Source of the DNA: an uncultured Bacteroidales bacterium
GTDB taxonomy: Bacteria; Bacteroidota; Bacteroidia; Bacteroidales; WCHB1-69
NCBI GenBank assembly: GCA_900319925.1
Contig: ONQE01000005.1
Coordinates: 16,373 to 80,372 of the forward strand
Direction of reading: 5' to 3'
DNA length: 64,000 nucleotides
The translations under genes and the position numbers were made by a program. Positions 10,301 through 19,149 of this stretch are shown one piece after another. How positions within the stretch are numbered: the stretch's first letter is position 1; the number at the start of each line of letters is the position of its first letter. The notes beneath the pieces were generated by a model, which was given only the letters and a program-made list of their open reading frames with translations, made no database searches and had not been told where the DNA came from.

Positions 10301-10542
10301 ATGTCTTCCACACCGTTCACCTGCTCCTCAATCGGCATGATGACCGACTTCTGCACCGCGTTGGCGTCAGCACCGCTGTAGTTGGCCGTGATAATCACCA
10401 TGGGCGGGGCGATATCGGGGTATTGCTCAATCGGCAGCGTGAAGATGCTGAGCAGACCGACGAGAAGGATGACCACACCGATGGCGAACGCCGCCACCCA
10501 GTGCTTCACAAAGAATTTGGTTTTCTTGACGTTCTCTTCCAT
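7372..10542 (-). CDS. RND efflux permease (AcrB/HAE1-like)
   Basis: 1056 aa with 12-TM topology and two large periplasmic loops. Typical N-terminus FFVKHWVAAFAIGVVILLVGLLSIFTLPIEQYPDIAPP. Confidence 0.9.
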   Translation of the reverse strand: MEENVKKTKFFVKHWVAAFAIGVVILLVGLLSIFTLPIEQYPDIAPPMVIITANYSGADANAVQKSVIMPIEEQVNGVEDMLYMTSTARSNGSAEIYVYFKQGTDADQATTNVQNRVNRALGLLPSVVTTQGVTVTKSVNSILQILSLESTDDRFDQKFITNYLDINVIPAVSRVTGVGRTQLLGNVYGVRIWLKPDVMGMYNISPDEVAAAINEQNLVAPIGSFESTVNKIDIEYNGLLNDMSEFENIVVRATPDGNLLRLADVADVELGTQSYDYRTDVDGHPGVLFIINQAPGANATQVNAEINQVLEKLSKSLPAGLEFKQLETSDDFLHASMHSVIETLIIAIILVILIVYLFLQDFKATIVPSVSIIISLVGTFAVAKVVGFSLNLLTLFALVLAIGTVVDDAIVVVEAVMAKLESGYKSATAAVNDALSEVTAACISTALVFMAVFIPVTFMSGTSGTFFMQFGIIMAASVALSAVSALTICPALCALLFKPKQEGDGEKKSLSYYVRLGYTTAFNAIEKKYLSGVGKFMKKPAFAWILLAVFTAGMAWLMVTAQKDLVPQEDQGFMMVDVGLASGTYLNETEATVKKLEDFVRGIDEVELVSGITGYSMINGGAGTNYGTLMVRLKNWEERSFYSIAAVQKQIYGWAMVNLPEATITPYQMPQIPGYGTGSMMELDLQDRSGTGDNQTFVDMGAEFTKKMQARPEVALASSSYAQDFPKYRLTIDPAACKRKGVSPKTVINTIGANLAGRYIGNYIQYGKVYQVLIEADSIYRMAPGTLNQIFVPTSGGMAPASEFVTLTEGLGSSQERRFNLFPCYNMALMPAPGYTTAHVRTAVDEVMEEVFPSDYSYEYGGMAREEAESAGSNETVLIYGIAILIIYLILACLYNSLFIPFAVLFSIPFGLFGAYLTIRPLESLMGVGANIYVQTGVIMLMGLVAKTAILITEFAIQKREEGLSIFDAAIGACKDRLRPILMTVSTMVIGMIPLAVEGGAGAVGNKSLSLTVIGGMIVGIIAILFVTPAFYIFFQKLHEKLTPGDASEELEMSKE

Positions 10543-10544
10543 CG

Positions 10545-11678
10545 CTATCTGATTTTCATGCCGTTAGAGAGTTTGCGCGCACCGTTGGTGACCACTTCGT
10601 CACCCACCTTCAGACCATCCTCAATGTAGTATTCTTTACCATCGTTAGACGGGAAGACATGACAGATGACACCCTCCACCGTACCGTCGGATTTCACGCG
10701 GTAGAACATCATCTGGTCTTGCAGACGCACGGCCGCGGTCTGCGGCACACACAACACGCTGTCAGACGAGACGGGAATCACCACAGTGGCAGACATTCCG
10801 GAGCGAATCTCGCCGTCGGGGTTCGGGAAGGAACCGGTGCAGGTCACCGTACCGGTGCTCTTTTGCACGATAGCGTCCACCTTGGTCACTTTTCCGTCAT
10901 GTTGATACGAGGAACCGTCCTTGAGTTGCATCTTCAATGTCGGCAGGACATCGCCGATGAACTGCCCGTCAGGACCTGCCATACCTTTGCTCGTCACCTT
11001 CAGCTTGAAATGCTGGATAAGTTCGAGAAGCTGGCTCTCTGTGAGGGAGAACTTGGCATCCATATCGCTGTTGTCACTGACTTCGCAAAGATAGTTGCCG
11101 CGACTGGCGAGGTCACCGACACTGAATCCGTTGCCATCGACAACGCCGGTGAGCGGCGAGGTCACCGTGCAGTAGCCGAGGTTCGTGCGGGCGATGTTGA
11201 GCTGCGCCTCCGCCTGCAGGACGGATGCCTTGGCCGAATTGTAGGAGTTGTAGCTGGTCTTGAGCACATAGTCGCTGATCACCTTCTTGTTGAACAACTC
11301 TTGGTTCGACTCGTACTGCAGCTTGGTGGTCTCCATCTGCGCTTTCGCCGCGCTGAGGTTGGCCTCCGCCGACTGCACGTTCAAACGGAACTCCGTCGGG
11401 TCGATGATGAACAGGGTTTGCCCTTTGGTGACCCTGGTGCCGTTGATGAAGTTCTTGACCTTGATGATGCCCTCCACCTGAGGATAGACTTTCACCTCAC
11501 TCGTACCTTCCAATGTCGCGGGAAACATCATGTTGTACGTGCGAGATTCGTATTTGAGCACTTTGGTCTCGTACTTGATTTGGGGCATTTCGGCATTCTT
11601 GTTCTTCTTGCCGCAAGAGGCGAAAAGACCTATGGCCATTATCGCCACCACACAAATGAATAAACGTCTTTTGTTCAT
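10545..11678 (-). CDS. RND efflux periplasmic adaptor (MFP) lipoprotein
   Basis: Lipobox LFASCGKK. Coiled-coil and barrel-sandwich MFP pattern. Its stop lies 3 nt upstream of the pump start. Confidence 0.85.
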   Translation of the reverse strand: MNKRRLFICVVAIMAIGLFASCGKKNKNAEMPQIKYETKVLKYESRTYNMMFPATLEGTSEVKVYPQVEGIIKVKNFINGTRVTKGQTLFIIDPTEFRLNVQSAEANLSAAKAQMETTKLQYESNQELFNKKVISDYVLKTSYNSYNSAKASVLQAEAQLNIARTNLGYCTVTSPLTGVVDGNGFSVGDLASRGNYLCEVSDNSDMDAKFSLTESQLLELIQHFKLKVTSKGMAGPDGQFIGDVLPTLKMQLKDGSSYQHDGKVTKVDAIVQKSTGTVTCTGSFPNPDGEIRSGMSATVVIPVSSDSVLCVPQTAAVRLQDQMMFYRVKSDGTVEGVICHVFPSNDGKEYYIEDGLKVGDEVVTNGARKLSNGMKIR

Positions 11679-11701
11679 ATTAACTTGTTTTTATATAATC
11701 A

Positions 11702-13270
11702 TCAATGTTTTTCGATTTTACAACAGTGCGTCTTCGTCTCTTTGTCATAATTCACGCCGACGAGCAGAAGATGGCCCTCGTACTCTTCCAATTTAGCAGG
11801 GTATTGTTTCCGCTTGATCTGGTCGATGGCGGCGTCGGCGTCGCGATTGAACTTCAGCTCCACAACCAAGGCGGGCGAATCCACGTTCTTGCGCGGAATC
11901 ATTACGATGTCGGCGAAACCTTTGCCGCTCGCCAACTCGCGGTGGACAATGTAGTGGTTGCGGGCGGCATAGTAGGCGAGGCTGATCACACAGGCCAAGG
12001 AGTTCTCGTTGTTGTAGGAGAGAATGCTGGTGCTCTCGTCGTGGACGGCATCCACCCCTTTCGCCACCGCCTCCTCGTCTCCTTCGAGCGTGGCCTGCAG
12101 CAAATCCTCCGACTGCTTCAGGGCACGGATGACCGGCGTCCAGTCCGTGGACTCCACAGCATTGGTCAGCTCATCGGCCACCTCGTAGTTGGGGATGTAA
12201 CAGACCCCTCTTTTCCAGTCAAAAGACAGATATCCAAGATGGATAAGGACGGTCAGCGCATCATCTTTGCTGTGGATGATGGAGATGTCGTTCAAAAAAC
12301 GCGTGGTGTTCACCTTCACCGTCCCTCCGCCAAGCATGGCGATGATGTCATCTTTTAACCCTTCGAAATTCATGTTGATGTATTCGGCCACGGTTTCGTA
12401 GGCACCAGTACTTGCCCAATAGCTGCGGCACCGTCCGCGCGTCACGGCTTGTATCACCGAGTTGGGGTTGAACATGGAGGTCTCGTCCCCGATTTGATAG
12501 CCATCATACCATTTTTCCAACTCATCGAAATCCCTGTTGTACTTTTCGGAGAGCATCCGCACCTCGTCTTTCGTGAAACCGAAGAAGCGTCCCATGTTTC
12601 CCGGTTCCACCATCGAATACTCAACGAAGTTGTTCATGGCCGACTGCGTTTTGTACTTCTTGACCGGAAGGATTCCCGTCATATACACGCCGGCGAACAC
12701 ATCGTATGCGATTACATCTTTAAACATCCGGCGGAGCCAGTTCAGGTAGGATTCCATTCCCTCGGAACCGGGTTCAAATTCGCGGCAGATGGCATCCCAT
12801 TCGTCAATGATGAAGAAAAACGAATCGCCCGTAGCATCGTTGATACGCATTAGACAACCCATCAGGTCATCCCTCTCAACAAATGTCAATTCAGGATAAG
12901 CGGCGCACACATCCGCTTTGAGCTCTTCGTCAATGTGGCGGACAATGCTTTCGTCCTTGAACCGGGTGATGAAGCTGGTCATATCCAAATAGATGACCCT
13001 GTATTGGTTGAGATGCTTCTCAAACGTGGGGTCCTTGGCTATATCAAGGTCGGCGAACAGCTCCCGGGAGTCGCAACTGCAGTCGTAGTAGGCGGCCAAC
13101 ATCTTTGCCGCCATGGATTTGCCGAACCGACGGCAACGCGACACACAGCTGAACCGCTGCTCCGTGAACAACGTCCGATTCACCGCAGCAATCAGCTCCG
13201 ATTTATCGACGTACTCGCTGTTCCGGACCATCCGAAAACCTTTGTTACCTTTGTTGATATAAAAACCCAT
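11702..13270 (-). CDS. AAA-ATPase-like plus PD-(D/E)XK nuclease-domain protein
   Basis: N-terminus FYINKGNKGF...YVDKSELI...RRFGKS matches the Bacteroidales predicted-AAA-ATPase family. The C-terminus ...GKGFADIVMIPR...VVELKF is a PD-(D/E)XK-like motif. Confidence 0.7.
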   Translation of the reverse strand: MGFYINKGNKGFRMVRNSEYVDKSELIAAVNRTLFTEQRFSCVSRCRRFGKSMAAKMLAAYYDCSCDSRELFADLDIAKDPTFEKHLNQYRVIYLDMTSFITRFKDESIVRHIDEELKADVCAAYPELTFVERDDLMGCLMRINDATGDSFFFIIDEWDAICREFEPGSEGMESYLNWLRRMFKDVIAYDVFAGVYMTGILPVKKYKTQSAMNNFVEYSMVEPGNMGRFFGFTKDEVRMLSEKYNRDFDELEKWYDGYQIGDETSMFNPNSVIQAVTRGRCRSYWASTGAYETVAEYINMNFEGLKDDIIAMLGGGTVKVNTTRFLNDISIIHSKDDALTVLIHLGYLSFDWKRGVCYIPNYEVADELTNAVESTDWTPVIRALKQSEDLLQATLEGDEEAVAKGVDAVHDESTSILSYNNENSLACVISLAYYAARNHYIVHRELASGKGFADIVMIPRKNVDSPALVVELKFNRDADAAIDQIKRKQYPAKLEEYEGHLLLVGVNYDKETKTHCCKIEKH

Positions 13271-13280
13271 ATCGTTCCTT

Positions 13281-13436
13281 ATTCTTTACATCTACCGAGC
13301 TTTTACCCCTACGGGGTTGCTCAAGGAATTCTATTCTTTACATCTACCGAGCTCTTACCCCTACGGGCTTGCTCAAGGAATTCTATTCTTTACATTTACC
13401 GAGCTCTTACCCCTATGGGCTTGCTCAAGGAATCCT
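13281..13436 (+). repeat. 52-bp direct repeat, 3 tandem copies (REP-like unit with internal hairpin acccctacggggt)
   Basis: Units at 13281-13332, 13333-13384 and 13385-13436 differ at only a few positions. An inverted relative lies at 47335-47373. Confidence 0.9.
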
Positions 13437-13438
13437 AT

Positions 13439-13520
13439 TCACAAATCACAACTCACAAATCACAACTCACAAATCACAACTCACAAATCACAACTCACAA
13501 ATCACAACTCACAAATCACT
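13439..13520 (+). repeat. H1 heptamer array (alternating TCACAAA/TCACAAC, about 12 units)
   Basis: Reads tcacaaatcacaactcacaaatcacaac.... It directly follows the 52-bp repeats and ends 4 nt from the stop of the 13524 gene. Confidence 0.95.
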
Positions 13521-13523
13521 AAA

Positions 13524-14333
13524 CTAGTACACAAACGGAAACACCCGTTTCAACTTCTTGCGCTCTATAATCTCGCCGAAGTCCACCTTGTAGCGCTTGT
13601 ACAGGGCGTCGGCGCGGGGCACGAGGTTCGCGAATGTCCAAATGAAGAAGACCAACCCCGGCAACGACCACGTCAGGATGGCGAATCCCAACCACTCCGT
13701 CAGCTCACCAAGATAGTTCGCGCTCGTAACGTATTCGAACATAAAGCCTTCCGGCAGATAATGGTTCGTGTCCTCGTCGCTCTTCCGCAAATGCCGGATG
13801 ATGTAGTCCGAGCGCAGGTTGATATAGAACCCGAGGAGGAAGATGACGAGACCGATGATGAACTGCGGCGACCACAGCCAGGCCGTGTCCTGGTAGGAGA
13901 GCCCGAAGGCGTGGTAGTCGCACTTGTACGATTCGAAGAATATCCAATAGCCCTGCATCACGGCGTTCAGGATGTTGAAGGCAATGCCGCAGAACATGAC
14001 GCTCAACGACATTTTGCTCGCCTTGCCCTTCATCAGCCAGGGAAAGATGATGGACCTTTGGAAATAGTGGACCTCGAAGACGAGGAGGAAAACCAACGGC
14101 ACGATGTCGAAACGGTGCGGGGAGAGCAGCCAGATGACAATCATGGCGAGGAAGATGGGGAACTCCATCAGGAACCAGGCCACCTTGTTGTTGATGGTCT
14201 TGCCCCATTTGTCGGATACAAACACGCCGTAGCCCGCCTTCACGAAGTAAAGCGTGACGAAAACCACCACGGCGACGGCGATCATCACCCAAAGGTAGAT
14301 ATTAAAGGCAGAAGTGAGAAATTCAGGAGACAT
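13524..14333 (-). CDS. 3-oxo-5-alpha-steroid 4-dehydrogenase-family membrane protein
   Basis: Multi-TM. The C-terminal motif YLPEGFMFEYVTSANYLGELTEWLGFAI is typical of the steroid 5-alpha-reductase/DUF1295 fold. Confidence 0.65.
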   Translation of the reverse strand: MSPEFLTSAFNIYLWVMIAVAVVVFVTLYFVKAGYGVFVSDKWGKTINNKVAWFLMEFPIFLAMIVIWLLSPHRFDIVPLVFLLVFEVHYFQRSIIFPWLMKGKASKMSLSVMFCGIAFNILNAVMQGYWIFFESYKCDYHAFGLSYQDTAWLWSPQFIIGLVIFLLGFYINLRSDYIIRHLRKSDEDTNHYLPEGFMFEYVTSANYLGELTEWLGFAILTWSLPGLVFFIWTFANLVPRADALYKRYKVDFGEIIERKKLKRVFPFVY

Positions 14334-14378
14334 AATGATGAGATTTGGGGTGAGACAATGTTTATAATGATATATTGG

Positions 14379-16199
14379 TTATTCGATGACCAAGGTCATG
14401 GGCATCCGGGCCTGCACACCCTCTTGCCCCAACACTTGCTGCACACCGTCGAAGATGTAGTAGAACTGGCCCATCCGTTGGCGCACGGCGGCATCCACGG
14501 CGTCGTCTTTCATATTGAAAAGGAGCGTGAACCAGTCTTTCTGTACGGGATATTCGCAAACAACGTATTTGTCCAAGTTGGCCAGCTCGGCGGCTTTCGC
14601 CACGGCGTCGTCGATGTTGCCGAGCTTATCGACCAGCCCGAGTTTGAGGGCGTCGATGCCCGCCCACACGCGGCCCTGCCCGATGCTATCGACGTACGCC
14701 ACGTCAAGGTGACGGCCGTCGGCCACGCGCTTCGTGAAGGTGCTGTAGATATCCTCGATGGAGGCCTGCAAACGCTCGCTCTCCAGCTCGTCCATCGGCC
14801 GCATGATGCCGCCGTAGTCGGAATGCTGGTTGGTGTTCACCCGGTCGATGGTGACGCCGACCTTGTTCTTCAGGAAATTCTGCACGGAGGGAACCATCCC
14901 GAACACGCCGATGGAACCGGTGATGGTGTTCGGCTCGGCGATGATGTAGTCGGCGTTGCAGGAGATGTAGTAGCCGCCGGACGCCGCATAGTCGCCCATC
15001 GAGACCACAATCTTCTTGCCGGCCGCCTTGGCCCGCTCAATCTCGTGCCAGATGTTTTCGGACGCCAACGCGCTGCCGCCGGGCGAGTTCACCCGCAACA
15101 CGATGGCCTTCACATCCTTGTCCTTCCACGCCTTGCGGAACTCCTTGATGAAGGTCTCCGAGTAGATGCCGTTCTCGCTGTCACCCTTGCCGTCGCTGAT
15201 ATCCCCGAAAGCGTAGAACACCGCCACCTTGGTGCCGCTGCCGCTCTCCGTGGTGAGCGTCTTGGCGTAGGCGCTCAAGGACACGTAGTTGGGATTCTCG
15301 TCATCGCCCAAGTTCAGCTTGGACTTGATAAGCTTCTCGGCCTGGTCCGCGTATGCCAGCTGATCCACCAACTTCAGTGCCAACGCCTCCTTCGGGGAGG
15401 AGCAGAGCAGACTGTCGGCGATGCTGTTCAACTGGTCTGCAGAGAGCTTGCGCGCCTTGGAGACATCCTCCAGGAAAACACTCCACAGCGAGTTGGCCAG
15501 CACGGAAAGCTGCTCGCGGTTCGACTCGCTCATCTTGTCGAGGAAGTAGGGCTCCACCGCGCTCTTGAACTGCCCGTGACGGAAAATCTGCACGTCCACA
15601 TCCAGCTTGTCCAGCAGGTTCTTGTAGAACATCACCTGGAAGGCGTACCCCTTCAGGCTGAGGTCGCCGACGGGGTTCAGCAGGATCTTGTCCGCAGCAG
15701 TGGCCATATAGTAGCCGTTCTGCGTGTATATGTCGCTGTAGGCATAGACGAACTTGCCCGACTTCTTGAACTCCATCAGGGCGTCGCGGATGGCTTTCAA
15801 CGAAGCCGGAGAAGCACTCACGGTGCTGCTCTTCAGGTAGATGCCCTTGATCTTGGAATCCCCGGCCGCCGCCTTGATGGAGGCTAAAATCTTGTCTAAG
15901 CCGACATTCTGATCCATGTAGGGACCGAAGCTGAAGGGGATCTCCACGGCACGCTCCTCGATGGGACTGTCCAAGTTGAGCACCAGGACGCTGTTGTCCT
16001 TCACCGTGGTGGTCGTCGTGCTGGAACCCAATTTCTCAAGAGAGGCAATCATCCCGAGGAACATCAGGATGCCCAAAATGCCCACAATGATATTGGCGAG
16101 CACGAAACCCACCATCGAACCGAGCACCACCCGCCAAAACTTGCGCGACCGGCTCTCCTGCTGACTGCTTTGCGATTGCGTTTGTATATTTTCACTCAT
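14379..16199 (-). CDS. sppA: signal peptide peptidase SppA, 67K type
   Basis: 606 aa with an N-terminal TM and two ClpP-like halves. Motif VVSMGDYAASGGYYISCNADYIIAEPNTITGSIGVFG. Confidence 0.85.
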   Translation of the reverse strand: MSENIQTQSQSSQQESRSRKFWRVVLGSMVGFVLANIIVGILGILMFLGMIASLEKLGSSTTTTTVKDNSVLVLNLDSPIEERAVEIPFSFGPYMDQNVGLDKILASIKAAAGDSKIKGIYLKSSTVSASPASLKAIRDALMEFKKSGKFVYAYSDIYTQNGYYMATAADKILLNPVGDLSLKGYAFQVMFYKNLLDKLDVDVQIFRHGQFKSAVEPYFLDKMSESNREQLSVLANSLWSVFLEDVSKARKLSADQLNSIADSLLCSSPKEALALKLVDQLAYADQAEKLIKSKLNLGDDENPNYVSLSAYAKTLTTESGSGTKVAVFYAFGDISDGKGDSENGIYSETFIKEFRKAWKDKDVKAIVLRVNSPGGSALASENIWHEIERAKAAGKKIVVSMGDYAASGGYYISCNADYIIAEPNTITGSIGVFGMVPSVQNFLKNKVGVTIDRVNTNQHSDYGGIMRPMDELESERLQASIEDIYSTFTKRVADGRHLDVAYVDSIGQGRVWAGIDALKLGLVDKLGNIDDAVAKAAELANLDKYVVCEYPVQKDWFTLLFNMKDDAVDAAVRQRMGQFYYIFDGVQQVLGQEGVQARMPMTLVIE

Positions 16200-16217
16200 A
16201 ATGATGATGATTAATTT

Positions 16218-16350
16218 CCCTTAAACTCTTAAACCCTTGAACCCTTAAACCCTTAAACTCTTAAACCCTTAAACCATAACCCTTAACCCTTAACCCATAA
16301 ACCTTAACCCATAACCCTTAACCCATAAACCTTAAACCTTAAACCTTAAC
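16218..16350 (+). repeat. H3 heptamer array (TTAAACC/TTAACCC/ATAACCC, about 18 units, some 8-nt units)
   Basis: Fills the spacer between the sppA start (16199) and the methyltransferase stop. The TAA stop at 16339-16341 and the last codons of the methyltransferase lie in the array. Confidence 0.95.
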
Positions 16351-17160
16351 CGAGTAACTCACATTCACCCCCCAATAAAAATGATTCCGCAAAAATGCAC
16401 TTTTCTTCCATATCCGCTGCTCCCTTTCAATGGTTTTTTCATAATTTTTTTCATCGAAGACAAAAGAGGGCAGACAGCGGATGTACTGGAGGCTCTCCTC
16501 GTCCCTGCGGAAGCCCGCCTTTTCGAAGTGCTTGCGCCACTCCTTCTCGGGGCGGATGTTCTCGTTGCCCATCAGCACCTCCTTGCCTAACACGTCGTCG
16601 TGGACGGTGATGATGCGCTTCCGGCCGCGCTGGGCGAACAGCATCGCGCTCTTGAACCAGCAGCCGCCGTTCTCCTCGATGAGCAGGAGCTTGCCGTCGG
16701 GCTTCAGCGCCTTGCGGAAGAGGGGCAGCGCCTCGTCCAACGGCTCGATGTGGTGGAGCGTGTCTTGCAGGATGATGTAGTCGTAGCGCTTCTCCTCGAT
16801 GGGTTGGTCGAAGAGGTTGGCATATTCGCAGGTGAGCAGCGAGGTGTCGCCGAAGCGGCTCCAGAACTGCTTGCGCTTCTCCCATTGGTCGGGGTAGTAC
16901 TCCAAGGTGGTGCCATATACGGGTTGCCCCTTCATGGCGAAGAAGAGACCGGTGGTGCCGTAGCCGCAGCCGCAGTCCCAGATCTTCGGCCCTTTGCTGA
17001 GGTCGATATGCCGGTCGAGGTATTGCAGGCGTTGCAGGAAGTAGGCCTTGCGGAACAGCTGTTGCGAGGGCGTCCCGTCCGTCAGCTTGTAGTACGGGTA
17101 GAGGCCGCGGTTCTCGCGCAGCTCCTCGCAAAGATGTTCGTAAAAGACCTCCGGCTGCAT
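16339..17160 (-). CDS. class I SAM-dependent methyltransferase
   Basis: SAM-binding motif IWDCGCGYGTTGLFFA. Downstream acidic loop DYIILQDTLHH. Confidence 0.75.
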   Translation of the reverse strand: MQPEVFYEHLCEELRENRGLYPYYKLTDGTPSQQLFRKAYFLQRLQYLDRHIDLSKGPKIWDCGCGYGTTGLFFAMKGQPVYGTTLEYYPDQWEKRKQFWSRFGDTSLLTCEYANLFDQPIEEKRYDYIILQDTLHHIEPLDEALPLFRKALKPDGKLLLIEENGGCWFKSAMLFAQRGRKRIITVHDDVLGKEVLMGNENIRPEKEWRKHFEKAGFRRDEESLQYIRCLPSFVFDEKNYEKTIEREQRIWKKSAFLRNHFYWGVNVSYSVKV

Positions 17161-17172
17161 ACGGTATGGCGT

Positions 17173-18987
17173 TTAGTCGTTAGAGGTGCGTTTCTCGGCG
17201 CGCTTGCGCTCGGTCTCGTCGAGGATGATCTTGCGCACGCGCAGACTCTGCGGGGTGATCTCCAAGTACTCGTCCTTGGCGATGAACTCCATGTACTGCT
17301 CCAGCGAGTACTTGATGGCCGGCGCGAGGATGAGCTTCTCGTCGGAACCGGCAGCACGCATGTTCGACAGCTTCTTGGACTTGCACACGTTGACCACCAG
17401 GTCGCTCTGGCGGATGTGCTCGCCGATGACCTGTCCGGCATACACCGGGTCGTTGGGCTCGATGAAGAAGCGGCCGCGGTCCTGCAGCTTGTTGAGCGAG
17501 TAGGCGTAGGCCTGGCCGGTCTCCATAGCGATGAGGGAGCCGGCGTGACGGCCCGCGATCTCGCCCTTCCACGGCTGGAACTCGATGAAGCGGTGCGAGA
17601 TGATGGCCTCGCCCTCCGTGGCCGTCAGCAGCTGGTTGGTCAACCCGATGAGACCGCGCGACGGAATCGTGAAGTTGAGGTGCACACGGTCGTTGACGGT
17701 GTCCATCGACATCAGCTCTCCCTTCTTCCGCGACACGTAGTCGATGACGCGGCTCGACATCTCCTCGGGCACCAGCACGGTGAGCTGCTCCACGGGCTCG
17801 CACTTCTGCCCGTCGATCTCCTTGATGATGACCTGGGGCTGGCCCACCTGGAGCTCGTAGCCCTCGCGGCGCATCGTCTCGATGAGGATGGAGAGGTGCA
17901 GGATGCCGCGCCCGAACACGTTCATGCGGTCTGGGGAGTCGGTCTCCTCGATGCGCATGGCCAGGTTCTTCTCCAGCTCGGCGAAGAGACGGTCGCGCAG
18001 GTGACGGGAGGTGACGTACTTGCCCTCTTTCCCGAAGAACGGGGAGTTGTTGATGGTGAACAGCATGCTCATCGTGGGCTCATCGACCTTGATGGGGGTG
18101 AGCTGCTCGGGGTTCTCCGCGTCGGCCACCGTGTCGCCGATCTCGAAGTCGTCGAGACCGAGCAGGGCGCAAATCTCACCGGCCTCCACGGGCTCCTTGT
18201 ATTTCTCCTTCCCGAGGCCCTCGAACACGTACAGCTCCTTGATCTTGGAGGTCTGCACGGTGCCGTCGCGTTTCACGAGCGAGACCGTTTGCCCCCATTG
18301 GATGGTTCCGCGTTTGACGCGCCCCACGGCGATACGCCCCACGTAGGAGGAGTAGTCCAGCGAGGAGATCATCATCTGCAGGTTGCCGGGCTCCACCTTC
18401 GGGGCCGGGATGTGCTCGATGATGGTGTCCAACAGGTAGGAGATGTCCGACGTCGGGGTGCTCCAGTCGGGACCCATCCAGCCGTTCTTGGCAGAGCCAT
18501 AGACGGTGGGGAAGTCCAGCTGCTCGTCACTGGCACCGAGGTTGAACATCAGCTCGAAGACGGCCTCCTGAGCCAAGTCGGGGTGACAGTTCGGCTTGTC
18601 CACCTTGTTGATGACCACGATGGGCTTGAGCCCCAGCTCGATGGCCTTCTGCGTCACGAAGCGGGTCTGCGGCATCGGTCCCTCGAAGGCATCCACCACG
18701 AGGAGCACACCGTCGGCCATGTTGAGCACGCGCTCTACCTCACCGCCGAAATCACTGTGGCCGGGAGTGTCGATCACGTTGATCTTCACCCCTTTGTATC
18801 GCACGGAAACGTTCTTCGACAATATGGTGATGCCACGCTCGCGCTCCAGGTCGTTGTTGTCCAATACCAAATCCTGCACCTGCTGGTTCTCGCGGAAAAG
18901 GTGTGACTGGTACAAAATTCTGTCCACGAGCGTAGTCTTGCCGTGGTCAACGTGCGCGATGATGGCGATGTTTCTGATATTCTGCAT
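17173..18987 (-). CDS. typA: translational GTPase TypA/BipA
   Basis: Motifs [24 protein letters not shown] and NKVD. Full-length EF-G-like domain order. I chose the start at MQNIRN because the -7 box at 19013 lies downstream of the ORF-track start. Confidence 0.9.
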   Translation of the reverse strand: MQNIRNIAIIAHVDHGKTTLVDRILYQSHLFRENQQVQDLVLDNNDLERERGITILSKNVSVRYKGVKINVIDTPGHSDFGGEVERVLNMADGVLLVVDAFEGPMPQTRFVTQKAIELGLKPIVVINKVDKPNCHPDLAQEAVFELMFNLGASDEQLDFPTVYGSAKNGWMGPDWSTPTSDISYLLDTIIEHIPAPKVEPGNLQMMISSLDYSSYVGRIAVGRVKRGTIQWGQTVSLVKRDGTVQTSKIKELYVFEGLGKEKYKEPVEAGEICALLGLDDFEIGDTVADAENPEQLTPIKVDEPTMSMLFTINNSPFFGKEGKYVTSRHLRDRLFAELEKNLAMRIEETDSPDRMNVFGRGILHLSILIETMRREGYELQVGQPQVIIKEIDGQKCEPVEQLTVLVPEEMSSRVIDYVSRKKGELMSMDTVNDRVHLNFTIPSRGLIGLTNQLLTATEGEAIISHRFIEFQPWKGEIAGRHAGSLIAMETGQAYAYSLNKLQDRGRFFIEPNDPVYAGQVIGEHIRQSDLVVNVCKSKKLSNMRAAGSDEKLILAPAIKYSLEQYMEFIAKDEYLEITPQSLRVRKIILDETERKRAEKRTSND

Positions 18988-19012
18988 CTTACTGTTTTTA
19001 TAAATAAAAGTG

Positions 19013-19020
19013 CAAAGATA
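19013..19020 (-). promoter_or_regulatory. -7 box TATCTTTG for typA
   Basis: The plus strand reads caaagata, 26 nt upstream of the typA ATG (18987). Confidence 0.55.
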
Positions 19021-19107
19021 CATTTTTTTGCCGTTGGTGACGAAGGGTCGGGCATAAGTTTTTTTTCAAAAAAAAATCTCGTTAGAGGTTGCATTTTGAA
19101 AATATTG

Positions 19108-19115
19108 TACCTTTG
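19108..19115 (+). promoter_or_regulatory. -7 box TACCTTTG for the 19150 gene
   Basis: Matches TAnnTTTG 35 nt upstream of the ATG at 19150. Confidence 0.55.
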
Positions 19116-19149
19116 CTATTTCAAATTTCGAATTAATAAATTATCGCTT

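Noticed and set aside
13317-15887. 856-aa ORF on the plus strand
   Set aside because: It runs antisense to the well-supported steroid-reductase-family and sppA genes. It begins inside the 52-bp and heptamer repeats (its translation contains HKSQLTNHNSQIT) and is rich in low-complexity R/H/G/D/E/V. This is a typical shadow ORF of GC3-rich coding sequence.
16600-18906. 768-aa ORF on the plus strand
   Set aside because: It is antisense to typA and the methyltransferase gene. Its composition (L/G/V/D/H/R runs) has no recognisable motifs, whereas the typA assignment on the minus strand is unambiguous.
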